A stretch of 64,000 nucleotides of DNA, from positions 18,352,001-18,416,000 of the forward strand of contig OZ024763.1 of NCBI GenBank assembly GCA_964016885.1, written 5' to 3'. Below, in pieces: positions 40,628 through 54,416 of the stretch; within the stretch, counting starts at the first letter, position 1, and each line of letters opens with the position of its first letter. Source of the stretch: Eledone cirrhosa. Taxonomy: Eukaryota. The position numbers and the translations under genes are program-made. The notes below the pieces were generated by a model. The model saw only the letters and a program-made list of their open reading frames with translations. It did not search any database and was not told the DNA's origin.

Positions 40628-40769
40628 CTATATTGTGTTGTTTATTATGTAATTATATATATATATATATATATATCGTATATCTACTCCAAATACTTGT
40701 CGAGTGCTTTATATCAGTTATAAAAATATTTACTTGTTGTATCCCAACAATTTTAAATAGAACTTTTGC

Positions 40770-40834
<65 letters not shown>

Positions 40835-41022
40835 TGTATACCGGGTGTCCCCAAAAATGTATACACACTTCAATAGCATTCTAATAAATATTGCCTGTAC
40901 AGGTAATCAAAGTGTGTATACATTTTTAGGAGACACCCTGCATATATATATATATATATATATATATGTAGATAAATCTACCAAGAGTTTACGGTAGTTA
41001 TATATATATATATATATATGTG

Positions 41023-41063
<41 letters not shown>

Positions 41064-41187
41064 GTACATTCTCGATTTGGGGTTATATGAGCTAAACAAA
41101 CTAAAATCAATCACTTTTACACATGTAAAATATAGATTTTAAAATAGGAGATATATATATTTGTTATACTTACGTACGTCGGGAATC

Positions 41188-41227
<40 letters not shown>

Positions 41228-42072
41228 TATTATATATGTGTGTATGTATACATAGTATATGTATATATGACTGTCTGTTACATATATATATGTATGTGTA
41301 TATGTGTATATCTATATATCTATATCTATATTATGTATATATGAATATATATATATACATATATAGGTATGTATATGTACGAGTATATATATACAGATTA
41401 TATAACCGCGGGATGTATATATATATATATATATATATGCCTGTCTCTTACATGAATGTATACATGGATATATGTATGTATATCTATATATATACGTATA
41501 TTATATTTACATGCATATATAGGTATGTATATATACGAGCATATATATATAATCTATACGAGCATATATAATATATATATAATCGCGGGATATATGTATA
41601 TATATGTGTGTGTGCCTGTCTCTTACATGTATGTATACATGGATATGTATGTATATATATGGGTATATCTATATATAGTTATATATGTATGATGTATATC
41701 TACACACATATATATATACATATAAAAGTATATATGCACAAGTATATATCTCTCTCTCTATATATATATATATAATGTATATATATATATATATGTGTGT
41801 GTGTATGCCTGTCTCTTACATGTATGTATACATGGATATATATGTGTATATCTCTCTCTCTCTATATATATATATATATGTATGTGTGTATATGTGCGAG
41901 TATATTTATATAAATATATATATATATATGTGTGTATATTGTGTATATGTACGAGTATATATGTATATATATATAAATATATATATATATAAATATATAT
42001 ATTTATATATATATATATATGTATGTGTATTGTGTATATATATGTATGTGTATATATATGTATGTGTATATA

Positions 42073-42135
<63 letters not shown>

Positions 42136-42383
42136 ATATTGTGTATATGTACGAGTATATATATATAAATATCTATATATATATATAATCGCAGGATATG
42201 TGTATATATATATAGAGTATGTGTATATATGAGATCAGACCGTCTGCTCGAGATAATGGCGCGCTAGAGGTTTATGTTTCATGTCTTCCTTGGTTGATCG
42301 TCTGCTCAGTTGAGATCAACCAATGAAAATATACGAACGTTCAACCAAGGCGAACGTTCAACATCATACACGTTTTATTTTTT

Positions 42384-42432
<49 letters not shown>

Positions 42433-42664
42433 CCTCTCTCTGTATTTCTTTTTCTGTTTCTCCCTTTCTCTTTCTCTTTCTCCGTCTTTCTCTTTCTGTT
42501 TCTCCCTTTCTCTCTCTCTGTTTCTCTCTTTTTCTGTTTCTTTCTCTCTCCCTGTTTCTCTCTTTCCTCCCCACTCTCTCTCTCTGCCTTTCTCTCCCTC
42601 TCTTTGCCTATATCTCTCTCTCTCTGTCTCTTTCTCTATCTATCTATCTATCTACGCATTCATA

Positions 42665-43700
42665 CACTGCCCGGGCGTCACTGACCTGTGGGGCTATGTA
42701 GAACGACTATTGTCGCGGGTGGGACCAATCCGGTTGACCACCGAGTCCATTGTCATGATCAAACCGCCACCCTCCTTCAAAAACGAAGGAGAGGCGGTTT
42801 TCCTTTGTGTGATAGCTATGGCGAAAGAGGTTGTATGGTGGACAAGGTTGAAAGGGCTGAGGTCAGACACCTTTCTCTCCGGCCAACAACTGATTCTTTT
42901 TTTCAAATACCACTTTGGAAGAAGAATCAGGATGGAGAGAGAGGTGCTGTACCCCAGCAAGTTTTATGAAAGGTGAAAGTGGCGAGAATGGCCCGAGTGA
43001 ATGGGCCTTCTCTCTATATCAGCCTGTAGGTTGAGGAAAAGGAGGAGGAGAGGAAAGGAGTACAAACTCTTCGTACTCCTGGAGATGAGGGTTGCACATT
43101 TTTTCGGGGGTATGTGTTACCCATATAAACTGTCTCCCCTATTGGGGAAAATCGACTAATTTTTTAAATTGCATTTGTGATAACATTTTACACGTTTTTA
43201 TTGTATGTAAACTTCCCCCTTTGTATTTGTCCCCATCTTTTGTGCCCTTGTGGCTAATAAAGAAACATATCTATCTCATCTATCGATCAAACCGCCAGCC
43301 TCTTTCAAAAACGAAAGAGAGGTGGTTTTTCTCTGTACAGTGGCTATGGTGAAAGAGGTTATATGGTGGACGAGATTGAGAGGACTGAGGACAGATGCCT
43401 TTTTCTACGGACAACAATTGATTTCCTTCTTTAAGTATCACTTTAGAAGGAGAATCAGAGTGGAGATAGAGGCACTGCACCCCAGTAAATTTACTGAAAG
43501 GTGGGTGAATGTGACAAAAATGGCCCAAGTGATTGGGCCTTCTCTGTTTATAAGCCTGTAGGTTAAAGAAGAGAGCAAAAGGAAGAAAGGGGCACTTGCA
43601 CAACACGCTCCTGAAGTTGAGGGTTGTTCTATCGACGGGGTATTAAACAATCCATTTGTGGCGCCTCCCCCCTATTGGGGATTTCGATTGTTATTATTGT
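42665..43700 (+). mobile_element. Two tandem 3' fragments of a Tx1/L1-like LINE (third copy 33845-34230)
   Basis: IHCPGVTDLWGYVERLL..AKEVVWWTR.. resembles the ORF2 C-terminus after the zinc knuckle; shared 3'UTR ending ctaataaagaa next to (TCTA)n. Confidence 0.6.
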
Positions 43701-44251
43701 TTGTGTGGTCTCAAACAACAATATCAGGCCGGTTGTGCTGGTTGTGCCGGTTGTGCTGGAGGTGCCACGGCAAAAAAAGCACCCAGCCCTCACTGTAAAT
43801 GAGGTTGGTGTTAGAAAGGGCATCCAGCTGTAGAAATCAAGCCAGAATCAGTTCCCATCCCACCCTTGCAAGCAGGGAAAAGCTGACGTAAAATGATGAT
43901 GATGATGATGATGATGATACATACGCACGCACACATAAACACACACATACACACATATACGCGTGTGTGTACGTCACTTATTTATAAAAATGTTTATAAG
44001 TAGTTACTACACGTGTTTCACAGTAAATGTATGTAGTCTCTAGCAGGTCTTCAGTTATTCCATCTTGAAATGTAGACTTTTAAAAGAAAAAAAAATCGAC
44101 AATAAAAATGGAAAAAATAAACAATAAAATATAGCAAGATCATGGTGGTTATCAAAGGGAGATAAATGCGTTTTGTCTTTGTTGAACTAGGAAAACAGCT
44201 GAAATGATGGCATGAGGTTTGGCTTATATCCAAAGATATGTATAATATATA

Positions 44252-45486
44252 CGAAGGGTGACTGTAATATTTTCTTGTTTTATTTTTCAACATTGTCTCT
44301 CTTTTGAGTCACACACTTCTTCAACCAATGCTGAAGTGACTGGATCCTGCTAAATTTGAACTCCTTAGTTTGGTCCTCCGAGTAGGTGTCCACACCATCT
44401 ATGGTGACATCTGTGGCATAATGTTGTCCGGCCATATCCTTTTTCAGGTTGGGAAACTTGTGGAAGTTGGAGGGTGCAAGGTCTGGCATGTATGTTGGAT
44501 GAGGGATGAGTTGGAACCCACAGTCATGGATTGTTACCATTGCCACCATCAAGTTGTAAGCAAGAGCATTGTCATGATGGAACAAGCCCCCTTTCATCAG
44601 CAATCCTGGTCTCTTCTTCTTGATGTTCTCATGCAGACGTTTAAGCAGGTTGGCATAGCATTGTCCCGTGATTGTGTGGTCCTTTTGGAGATAATCCACC
44701 AACAACACTCCTTGTGTATCCCAAAAAATGGTAGCCATAACTTTTCCTGCTGATGGTGTGACCTTGACCTTCTTCGGGGTGAGGATAGGTGTTTCCACTG
44801 TTTAGACAGCTCTTTTGTTTCAGGTTGGTGGTGATGGACCCAGATCGTCCATGGTTACAAAGCATGCCAGGATATCTACCGGATCAGCTTCAAAATGTTC
44901 CAAATTGTTGGAGGACATGTTGCGACAAGTGTGCTTCTGTTCCCCACTCAAAAGATGTGGAACCCAGCATGCAGACATCTTTCTCAAACCAAGCTCAATT
45001 GTCAGAATATTATTGGCTCTCTCCTGGGAGATGCCTAACATGTTTGCCATCTGATGAGATGACAGTCATCAATCCCCCATCATTATCCCAAGGACAGGGT
45101 CAGTGTTCTCTGGTGTGCTCATAGTTGATGCCCTCCCAGACCTTGGGTCATCTTCCACACCTTCATTGCCACGCTTCAATTAATTTACCCAGCGTTTAAC
45201 TGTAGCATATGACGAGGCATCTTCCCCTAATGTGACTTGCATGTCTTTATGGATCTCAGCTGGAGTCATGCCTTTCAACTGCAGATACTCCATCACTGCT
45301 TGACACTTGAGTTACTCCATTTTTCATAAAACACCCGAGACATCAACTTTAAGATTCTCTGAAAAGAAGTGAAAAAGTGTTTAGACCATGAAACCTGGCT
45401 AGCATTGTGAGAACATGTCCCAGATTTCATAGAGGATAATTCGTCTAACCATGCCAGCATGGAAAAATGCACATTAAACGATGAAA

Positions 45487-45521
<35 letters not shown>

Positions 45522-45559
45522 TTTCTGTGTGGGGCTCAACATTTTTCAGTCGCTCCTCG
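44252..45559 (-). mobile_element. Decayed mariner (Tc1/mariner) transposon
   Basis: TA-flanked imperfect TIRs (CGAAGGGTGACTG / CGAGGAGCGACTG). Frameshifted transposase with WVPHLL, SAGKVMATIFWD, HHDNA and HPTYMPDLAPSNF motifs. Confidence 0.9.
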
Positions 45560-47549
45560 TATGAAAAATTCATAGCCTGACTATGAAGAAGTGATGCTAG
45601 AACTGTGAAATCTTGCAGGCATTAATTTCAACTCTTCTTATTAATAACTGCATTGTTTCTTTCCAGAGAGTATATTGAAAAATAAACCTCATTTGGTCAT
45701 TCCATGAGAGTATCTTGGTCATAGTCTGACTATGAAGGAGTGATGCTAAAGCTGGGAAATATTACCTGCATTAAATTTCAACTCTTATTAATAACTGAAT
45801 TGTTTCTTTCCAGGGACTATGTTAAAAAATAAACCTCCATTTGGTCATTCCATGAGAGTATCTTGGTCGGCCTATGAACTTTACAGCCAAACCACAAGTT
45901 CATAGGTTGACTATGAAGAAGTTTTATACATATATCATACATACAAGGTCTGTGCTACCATGTTGAGACTGTAAATGTAAACAAAAGCTGATGATGTTGT
46001 TGGATTAGGTAGATTCTCATATTTAAATTCCATAATAATCTGCCACATGGAAGAACCGAACTTCCACTGTCATTGCCTCCACCTCTCTTGCCCTCCCCAT
46101 CTCTCTGTATTACGAGCAGATGGAGTCCGGTGTGCTGGCTGCCCCACAGCTCCGATGGACAGAATGGAGAAGGCATTTCCTCAGAGGATGGTAACGGAGA
46201 TGCAGTGGAAGAGCCAGCCATTCCATCTCGTGAGGCTCACACCTGCGGCTAGCCAGCTCAGCGCCTATGGTGGTAAGTAGGGAGGTAGCTCTAGAGACAA
46301 GGACACCAGAAGTCTCCACTAAGCTGGCAGCCACCTAGGGCACAAACCTCAGTGAGGTGCTTTACTAAACCTTAAAGGATTTTTATACATATTTATATAA
46401 ATATATTAAATATATAATTTCCTGCAATCAATAAATAAATGGCTAAACAACTTTGCTGCATTGCAGCATTGTAGAAATATGTAAAGCAGTTGGACCAGGG
46501 TTGCATGGTGTTATGACTAGTCACATGATTTGACATGGGTGAATACGGACTGTGTAGTGGAAAATGCTGGCTTAGTAATTTTCTTAGAATTGTTCAAGAA
46601 AGAAGTGTTAAAAACTAGGTTTATCAGCTTAACAGTTTGTTAGTTGAAATTATTATTATAAGTGGGGATTTGAACTCAGAGTGCAAAGAAAAGAAATGAG
46701 AAAGAGATATAGAGGAAGAATCGACCCCAGTACTAGACTGGTACTTTTTTTATCAACCTCAAATGGATGAAATGCAAAGTTGACCTTGGCAGAATTTGAA
46801 CTCAGAGTGCAGAGAGTTACAACTAGAAAGCATTCTATCAGATGTTCTAACAACTCTGTCAATTCGCTGCCTTTATGCCTTCATATACACGTCTGTTATT
46901 CCTTAAATAACTGTTTTGTTGCTGTCAATATCAGCCTGGATCAATAAATTGCAACAACGAAAGATAAACCAGACTCAAGGTTAAACTAACTAATGACTCA
47001 CAAATTGATCCACAACCTACATTGTTTTAGTTGAGTCATTGTTCAAATATACTGGCAACTGTCACAAACATGTCACCAGTGCTGGACTTATCTATAAACT
47101 AAATAAACTATAGCTTAGGGCCAGACACCCTTGGGGGCCTTATTTAAAAAAAAAAAAATTTTATTTTATCATTAGTTTTTATTCTTTAACACTAAATCAT
47201 AAAAAAATATATATACATACATACATATATATATGAGAAAATTCATCACTAGAACAGCCATTAAAACAGCTAAATGCTGTCAAAGACAACGATGGGCAAA
47301 AATGCCTAAGAGGACAGAGACCAGTGGCAATGGTCATCAGAAAGACAATTCACAAGGTGGGTGACAGGTAAATGAAATATAGAAAAGATTGAAAGAGAAG
47401 GACAAGGAGAAGTGTGTTGGTGCACAGAAGTGACTGGAAGAGGAAATTAAGAAAGGTGATGTTTTCTCCTGTTGTATTATACAACGGGGGGGAAACAATA
47501 GTACCACTGATGTTGTCAGTTATGTGATGAAAGAACTTTGATAGACTAT

Positions 47550-47617
<68 letters not shown>

Positions 47618-47619
<2 letters not shown>

Positions 47620-48088
47620 TTTCTGAATTTGTTTAGCAAGATTCTTTATCTGAAAACGTGTGTTGAAACCGATATTGTTATACTTTGGGAGGGTCATGTT
47701 GCCAATAAGAAACACATGCACCAGTTGCTTTCACTTCAATTTATTATAATAAATTTATAAATTTCCAGTTGGTTGGTTGGTTCCACAACCAGATGATAGT
47801 TTATATATTGTCAAAGTTCTTTCGTCACACATTCTGTGACCTCTTCAGTGACTGGGGATTCTTTTCTTTGTTTTTGTGCCTCTCCTTTGTTCTGTCCTAC
47901 TCACTGAAGAGGTCACAGAATGTGTGACGAAAGAACTTTGACAATATATAAACAATCATCTGGTTGTGGAACCAACCAACAAACCGGAAATTTATAAATT
48001 CCTAAATTTATAAATTTATTATAATAAATTGAAGTGAAAGCAACTGGTGCGTGTGTTTCTTATTGGCAACATGACCCTCCCAAAGTAT

Positions 48089-48095
<7 letters not shown>
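47618..48095. mobile_element. Fold-back element in (TA)n; single-arm relatives at 53330-53410 and 53640-53900
   Basis: ~180-bp arms 47672-47851/47901-48095. Confidence 0.7.
47809..47943. ncRNA. Pair of hammerhead-like motifs on opposite arms of an inverted repeat
   Basis: (G)UCA-CUGAAGA-G-GUCACA-gaaug-UGUGAC-GAAA-GAAC-UU|UGAC; an extra G in the core and a weak stem III. Confidence 0.4.
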
Positions 48096-48119
<24 letters not shown>

Positions 48120-48966
48120 GTAATAATAATAAATTTGAAGACTAAAATCCAAAGGGGGCTCAATAAGGATAAATATATATCAAATATATAAGAACCGTAG
48201 AGCAAATTATTTATTAAAATAACAGATTAAAGTTTAAGCAAAGAATCGCTGCTTTCACCCTTAACGGGATCTTCTGAAACTAACAAAGTCAATCTGTAAG
48301 CGCAGAAGTAAATATTTCAAAAAACGTTGCAACCGGAGGAAGACAGGAAGACGATACTTTGGTTCGTGGAAACGTTCCCTGGCAAAGAACGAGAAAAAAC
48401 GAATATAATACGTCAATTATTTGGAGCGGTGAAAAACAATTACGCGCAAAGACAAAACCACGTCTTAAAAGAAGTCGTATAATAATTGTTTCTACTTTTG
48501 GCACAAGGCCAGCAATTACCCAGTACATTACTGATACTTTATATATATAATAATAATACTCAATACATAAACAGAGAAAGCCTTAAGCGATACACATGTT
48601 GGATGGTCATTACAGTCCGAGACCTTCCATCCTGGTACATGTTGGATGGTCATTACAGTCCTACACTTTCCATTTATATATATATATATAATTTAAGCGA
48701 TATTGCGAAAACAATAAATAACAACATCAACTTTAGTTACTATATTAAATAAAAATCCATTGTTTTGTTGTTTTTTTATCTTTGCATCATATGGAGATAT
48801 TGATCTCTAGATTAATCGAGTTTTAACTATCATAAAAGAAATATTTTATTTGCGTCCACGTATAAGTAAAGATGCCTCATACTTCTTCTATGGCATAGCT
48901 CTTACTACCCCTACACTAATTACTTCACATGCAAGTTCTTGCAAGGGGAAGTAACAATGCGGCAGC

Positions 48967-48974
48967 TATAAAAG
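48967..48974 (+). promoter_or_regulatory. TATA box of NDPK gene
   Basis: TATAAAAG about 100 nt upstream of the ATG, followed by a pyrimidine-rich putative 5'UTR. Confidence 0.6.
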
Positions 48975-49067
48975 GCTCGGCTACCGTCTAGCTTTCTTTC
49001 TGTTCCCATCTGGAATCCATTGTACCATCACTTCTACAACCAACTCTACATTTTGAACTACTTCATT

Positions 49068-49114
49068 ATGGAACGCACATTTCTCGCAGTCAAACCAGAA
49101 GGTGTCCAGCGCGG
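49068..49114 (+). CDS. NME: NDPK exon 1
   Basis: MERTFLAVKPEGVQRG, the typical NDPK N-terminus, followed by donor gttagt. Confidence 0.92.
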
Positions 49115-52100
49115 GTTAGTGTATAACTGTTTCATAATCTATAAAACATTTCCTAACTATATTTAATAACATCTATGATCTTTTTAAAACATTTTCGAGG
49201 AAAATTTTCCAACATCGTTCTTAATTTTAATGTTAAAATAATTAAGTCTTTTTATTTTAATTCAGCTTCTTCCATCCTCCTTTAAAATTTGACTTTTCAT
49301 TATTCAGTAATTCCGGATTTGTATATTTAATCTCCTGTAACATTTACAGAGGAGAGATGTTACAATAAGCGATGGATAAATATAAAAAGGTCGAGTTGTC
49401 TTGTCATTCAACTAAGTCTGCTTTCACACCTCCGCTTGAAATACAACGATCGGCTAAAAAGTTCATAAACTAACCAAGATACTCTCATGGAATGACCAAA
49501 TGAGGTTTATTTTTCAATATAGTCCCCGGAAAGAAACAGTGCAGTTATTAAGAAGAGTTGAAATTAATGCTAATGCATGCAAGATTTCACAGCTCTAGCA
49601 ACACTCCTTCATAGTCGGCCTATGAACTTTTCAGCCCACCCTCCTACCGTTTCACACAATTTGTGCATCGTTCTCAATTTAGTTTATATTAGCAAACTGA
49701 AATTATAAAATACTTTAAACTTTTTTACATTCTGTTAATTTGCTGAAACATTTTTTAAAATTTAAAACAGAAGTGATCAAATATAAGAAAATTAATGATA
49801 ATTAATGATAATTCGTGATAATCTAATTATAATTTACATAAGAACTCTTTCACTTTCTCGCACATTTTGGTAACTTATAACAGAAAAATAACCCCTCAAT
49901 CGTTCAATGGAAAATTGTTCTTTTTCCTTTATTTTTTTCGTGTTTTCAACGAATCTGACATCTTTGTGGGTGTTTTACTAAAGAATTTCATTTAATTAAA
50001 ATAAAAAAAAAATTCTTTATCCCTTGCTTACCTATAATCAAAGATATTTAAGTGGCAACTATCTAGTGAGGTTTTTGTATATGTAATAACGACATGCAAT
50101 GTGTCCTTCAATTTTTAAGTCGGTGGGTTATAACTTGGAGATTTGACTGATGTTTCTAGCAGGCTGGTTGATCGCTTTCCCTCGTTTCTTGCCCTTTGTG
50201 TTGGTCAGTTTCGGCGTTATACCTTCCTTCTCCCGCTATACTCTTCCCTATATCCCACCCCCTTATTACCAGGTCGACATTGTCTTCCCGTGTATGTGTG
50301 TCACTAATCCTTTGTCCTTTTCTTCTATTTGTCACTCAATGTCGCCGTGTCTTTTCTCTCAAAAGCAAGCTTCAACGTGATCGCTTTATTTGGTAGAAAT
50401 TAGCAGTTAAATCGCACCTTACCCTTACTGTCTTTTAAATAAAAGAAACCCCACATTGGATAACGTGATCTTAAAAAAAAAAAATTGCCAAGACTACATA
50501 TGATAATTTAGGGTATCTTCGACAATAGAACTCCAAACACGAACCAACTAGAATTCTCTAAAGAGACCGGCATATGTAGTTTAACCCCTCCCCCACTGCT
50601 TTTCAGAATTTGTATCCCTATAAAACTTCCTAGATTATATATTCTTTAATGAGATTTTCTCAAGATAACGTTTTTGGAAGGTATCGACTACGATTAAGTT
50701 GGTGTAATTAAAATGATTAATGTTTTTATTATTTTCACTAATATAATTCTATCTGTATTTAGGCAGAGAGACAGACTCCGCTCCGCCTATATTTTTCATC
50801 GTGTCTTCCGATTTCAGGATAGTCAGAATTTCTAGAGGATCATAATGCGTGTTCGAGATTCTTGTATTGGGTTGTGTTCTTGAGCAAAAACAGTTCATCT
50901 CACGTTGCTCCAGTACATTCGGCTGAAAATGATTACAAGGAATAGCTGGGGTTTAAAACTGCGATGGCCTGGTCCAGCGAGGAGTCTCGTACTTTGTCAC
51001 TTTACGCCAGGGAAACCCGTGATAAGCACCTGTCTTATGAGCCGTCAGGCTCAAGACGGGCTTTAGTAATTTCATTTTGACAACTAAAAATGTTTTAAAA
51101 ATATATTTGACTAACTTTTCTAAATTTTGTGTAATAAAACTTATAAAAATTTGTAGGATAATTATAAATCGCTCGCAATTCGTTCAGGACAAATATGTCT
51201 AAACCGTGTATAATAACACAATAATATAAATTAATTGAACAAAAATGATAAAGGAAAGAAAATTCTGATCTATCCCTTCGTAAACTCTATGGCGTTCCAG
51301 CCGACTAGCTGAGGCCATGCTTGGGCACTGATCTCTATAAAATTTGATAAAAAATATATGCTTTATTGAGCTAGTTGGTGAAACCTAACCTTACTAAACT
51401 GTAGTTATACCTCGACCCCCTAACCCTAATGAAACCGGCGATATTTTCGTTTTCTTATTCCGATTTCACATGCTTGTCTGCATATAATTTATAAAGGTTA
51501 GAACATGGTATGATCTCATTAACGCCACTTCTCTAATATATATTTTCCATCTGTTCAAAACTTATTTTAATACTGCACTTGCGTGACTGGTAATTTCCGA
51601 CATAGGCAATTGATTTAAACCGCTATAAGCAAGTTATGAAAACCTTTATCGTCTTTAAGAAGATTGAATTATGAATTGCGAAATATATTATAATCACTCG
51701 AGTTAAAATGGAAATGTGAGACGTCTAATGCAATAAATAATATATATAGATAGATAGAATATATATCCGTGTGAGCTGGGTGCTTTTTGCCGTGTCTTTT
51801 ACACGTCCACTTGCCCACAGTGTGGGCTGGGGGGTGGGGCATACTGTATATATGCTTCAGCTTGTGTTCGTGGGAAGTCGGGTCTTCTGAATTACTGTAT
51901 ATCGCCAGAGATCCCACCATGTTAAGGTATTGTTCTCAAAATAAATATCAAAATCTCATAGATTCGATATTATGTGAAATAAAGTATTTACTGTGAAAAT
52001 AGAATTGTAAATATAGAGTATTTGCTAAAGGGTGAAGTCCCTTAGTCACTGAAGGCTTGATGTATGTGTGTTCCCGTTAATATATAAGATGCAGTGGCGA

Positions 52101-54349
52101 TAAACTAATTAAGAATAATTGTGCTTGTGAGGAAAAGTTTGCGCGGCAGTATCGGTAGAGGGTCGGACGCCATGCTTTGCAGCATAGTTATGGCCCTTTA
52201 CGTTCTGAGTTCAAATCCCGCCGGAGTTAATTTTGCCTTTCATCTTTACGAGGTCGATGAAATAAAGCACCAGTAATGCACTAGGGTAATTGCTGGCCTT
52301 GTGCTAAAAGTAGAAGCAATTGTTAAATGATTTGGTTGGGTACGGGAGACAACTCCTTACTTCTTTATTCAATAAAGTACAAGTCTTTCATTTGGGTCGA
52401 TTTAATCGACTTTCCCCCTCCCGCAAAATCAGAAACCATATCATTTATTCAATATACATATCTCACAACAGCGTAGGATGATGTATGTCTTTTTATTACG
52501 TTGGTTTAGCTGACCTTATGCGATTGTATTTCAGGAGTTTCTTGGCCGTATTAATAAAGATAGGGCTCCAATTCCTAGGAGGTCGTTTATTTTTCTGCCG
52601 ACGGCGAGATAATCTCGTCTGACTCGGACAATTCCGCCAACCCAAAGCCCTTGATAAGTAAATAATTTAAAAATAGAAAAGAATAACGTAGTTTAATATT
52701 GAACAAAGTTACTCGACAAAGTGTGTAGGTTGGAGATCAGTCACTCCAGGTATGGTCGCTACCTCTCCGAATTGAGAGATCACGCTTCGAATATTAAAGG
52801 AAGTGGTTAGCATGTGTCGGGAAAGAATTGCTGGACAGATTTTACGGGGTTGTCCAGCCTGATCATTGGAGACGGTTGCTTCTGACAGGACCCACTAGGG
52901 GTGTGTGAGAACTTTGCCTCCACGGGAATATGTGGGCAATGAAGAATATTAAATGTTTTGTGAAAATATTTCTATGTGAACGTCGTTTAAAAAAATAATA
53001 TACGATTGCCTCATTTAGTATTTGATTTTAAAATCCTTTAATAACTTTGGAAAGAATTCTAAATTGAACTTTTTCATCATCACTGTTTGACAGCCATTTT
53101 TCTAAACTAGCATGGGTTAGGCGAGTTCTCCCGTTGTGAGACGAGCCAGGTCAGGTGGCCGTGTCTTGCTCATACAGAACTTATCTGGCTTTGTCTCAAC
53201 AGCTGGAAGTTCTTTCTAATGCCAACCACTTTAGTGTGTGCTGGGTGATATTTGTTGTGACAATTACACAACCACTTTAGTGTGTGCTGGATGCTCTTTG
53301 TCATGACACCTACACAACCATTTTACAATGGTCACAGGATGTGATAAAAGAGCTTTGACAATCAACAATTAAATAGCCAACTGGGGAATTATAATAAATT
53401 GAAGTGAAACTCAGGTGACTGTGTCTTGCTCATACAGAACTGTCTGTATCTGGCTTGGTCTCTACAGCTGGATGATCTTTCTAATGCCAACCACTTTAAA
53501 GTGTGTGCTGCGTGCTTTTTGTCGTGACTCTGATACAACCACTTCACAGTGGACTGGGTGCTATTTGTCATGACACCAACACGACCACTTTACAGTATAT
53601 GCTGGGTGTTTTTTGTCGTGACACCTACACTACCACTTTACAGTGGTCACTGGATATGTGACGAAAGAGCTTTGACAATCAACAATTAAATAACCAACTG
53701 GGAAATTATAATAAGTTGAAGTGAAACCTTATAGATGCATGTCTTTTTAATGGCAACATGACCCTCCCAAAGTATAACTGTTTCTGGGAAATTACAATAA
53801 ATTGAAGTGAAACCTTGTAAATGCATGCATGTCTTTTTTTAATGGCAAAGTATAACTGTTTCTACACGTTTTCACATTAAAAAATCTTGCAATACAAAAA
53901 ACAAGTTTTTTTTATTTATAAATATATTTCTTGTTTTTATTTCCAGACTCTGTGGTGAAATCATCAGCCGTTTTGAAAAACGTGGATTTCAGATGGTTGC
54001 CTGTAAGTTGATCCAAGCTCCAAAATCCCTTTTGGAACAGCATTACGAAGAACACAAAGGAAAGGGCTTCTATGATGGACTTGTATCTCACATGTCCTCA
54101 TCTCCTGTTTTGGCTATGGTCTGGGAAGGAGCTAGCGTAATCTCAACAGCTCGCACCATGATGGGAGCCACAGACCCCAAGAAATCAGCCCCCGGTACCA
54201 TCCGTGGTGACTTGGGTATTGATATGGGTAGAAATATTATTCATGGTAGTGATGGAAGTGAGTCTGCTCAACGTGAAATCAACTTGTGGTTTACTAAAGA
54301 GGAACAAGTTACCTGGAAACCAGCCTTGAGCTGCTGGTTGTATGAATAG
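49068..54349 (+). CDS. NME: Nucleoside diphosphate kinase, group I (NME1/2-like), 149 aa, 2 exons
   Basis: join(49068-49114,53947-54349): MERTFLAVKPEGVQRG|LCGEIISRFEKRGF...PGTIRGDLGIDMGRNIIHGSDGSESAQREINLWF...WLYE*. GG|gttagt...ttccag|A, phase-2 intron. Catalytic HGSD motif intact. Confidence 0.95.
49440..49646. mobile_element. Mariner-like MITE in NDPK intron (relatives 45562-45920)
   Basis: Imperfect terminal inverted repeats (ggctaaaaagttcata / tatgaactttttcagcc); internal sequence shared with 45562-45920. Confidence 0.5.
53947..54349 (+). CDS. NME: NDPK exon 2
   Basis: Polypyrimidine tract + ag at 53945-53946; contains ORF 53993-54349 with RNIIHGSD. Confidence 0.95.
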
Positions 54350-54410
54350 ACACCAGAACTTTAAAAACCTTTGTAACACAAATTAATCTATTTCAAATTG
54401 AGATTAACTA

Positions 54411-54416
54411 AATAAA
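54411..54416 (+). terminator. Polyadenylation signal of NDPK
   Basis: AATAAA about 60 nt after the stop, followed by a T/GT-rich stretch. Confidence 0.6.
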
